Shown in pieces: positions 63,797-64,000 of a stretch of DNA of 64,000 bases. A program made the translations under genes and the position numbers. Position 1 is the first letter of the stretch; every line of letters begins with the position of its first letter. The DNA comes from Macrostomum hystrix (lineage: Eukaryota; Animalia; Platyhelminthes): contig CATNEN010000003.1 of NCBI GenBank assembly GCA_950097015.1, forward strand, positions 1,240,001 to 1,304,000. The letters are read 5' to 3'. A model generated the notes under the pieces. That model did no database searches. It worked only from the letters and a program-made list of their open reading frames with translations, and had not been told where the DNA came from.

Positions 63797-64000
63797 TTTT
63801 TAATTAATAAGGCTTCGTAACGTAAAAAATATATATGTAGCTACGTGCTGAATGCGCCGTTGATAGAAAACTATATTGCTGGCTAATATGTACGTTAAGT
63901 GCTGGTGAACTAGGATATTACTAGACATAGTATGGTTTAACTCTGTCTTGTTTGTTGACCTCATGCCAAGGAAGGCATAGTTTTTTCTTCATTTTTTTAT

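Overview
Eukaryotic (invertebrate metazoan) genomic DNA. GC-rich, polyQ/polyA-rich exons separated by minisatellite-filled introns resemble the flatworm Macrostomum; this is inference from style, not a database match. Seven protein-coding genes can be assembled by hand: a GCKR/MurQ-like double-SIS protein (+, 2811-4703); a compact, divergent telomerase reverse transcriptase (+, ~5930-9751) with CP/QFP/T and RT motifs 1,2,A-E but no room for a TEN domain and a short IFD; a ~649-aa protein that may be a degenerate Mab-21/cGAS-like fold (-, 10626-12782); Pumilio (+, 18845-24772); single-exon FoxA (-, 39733-41286); a MARCH-type RING-CH/2-TM E3 ligase (-, 44073-49252); and a retinoblastoma-family pocket protein (-, 55059-63421). 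About 25 distinct minisatellite arrays cover roughly a third of the window. There are also two internally deleted mariner elements, nested MITEs and two tRNA-derived SINE families. Most notable: (1) the minimal TERT; (2) ATG-less, phase-0 acceptor starts in GCKR and TERT, compatible with a flatworm spliced leader supplying the AUG; (3) a dense forkhead-motif cluster and a Fox-site minisatellite around FoxA; (4) intronic minisatellites built from splice-site-like units; (5) inverted SINEs inside TERT; (6) a p53-type element upstream of Rb. Exon boundaries were derived by eye from GT/AG sites, phase and family motifs, and need RNA-seq confirmation.
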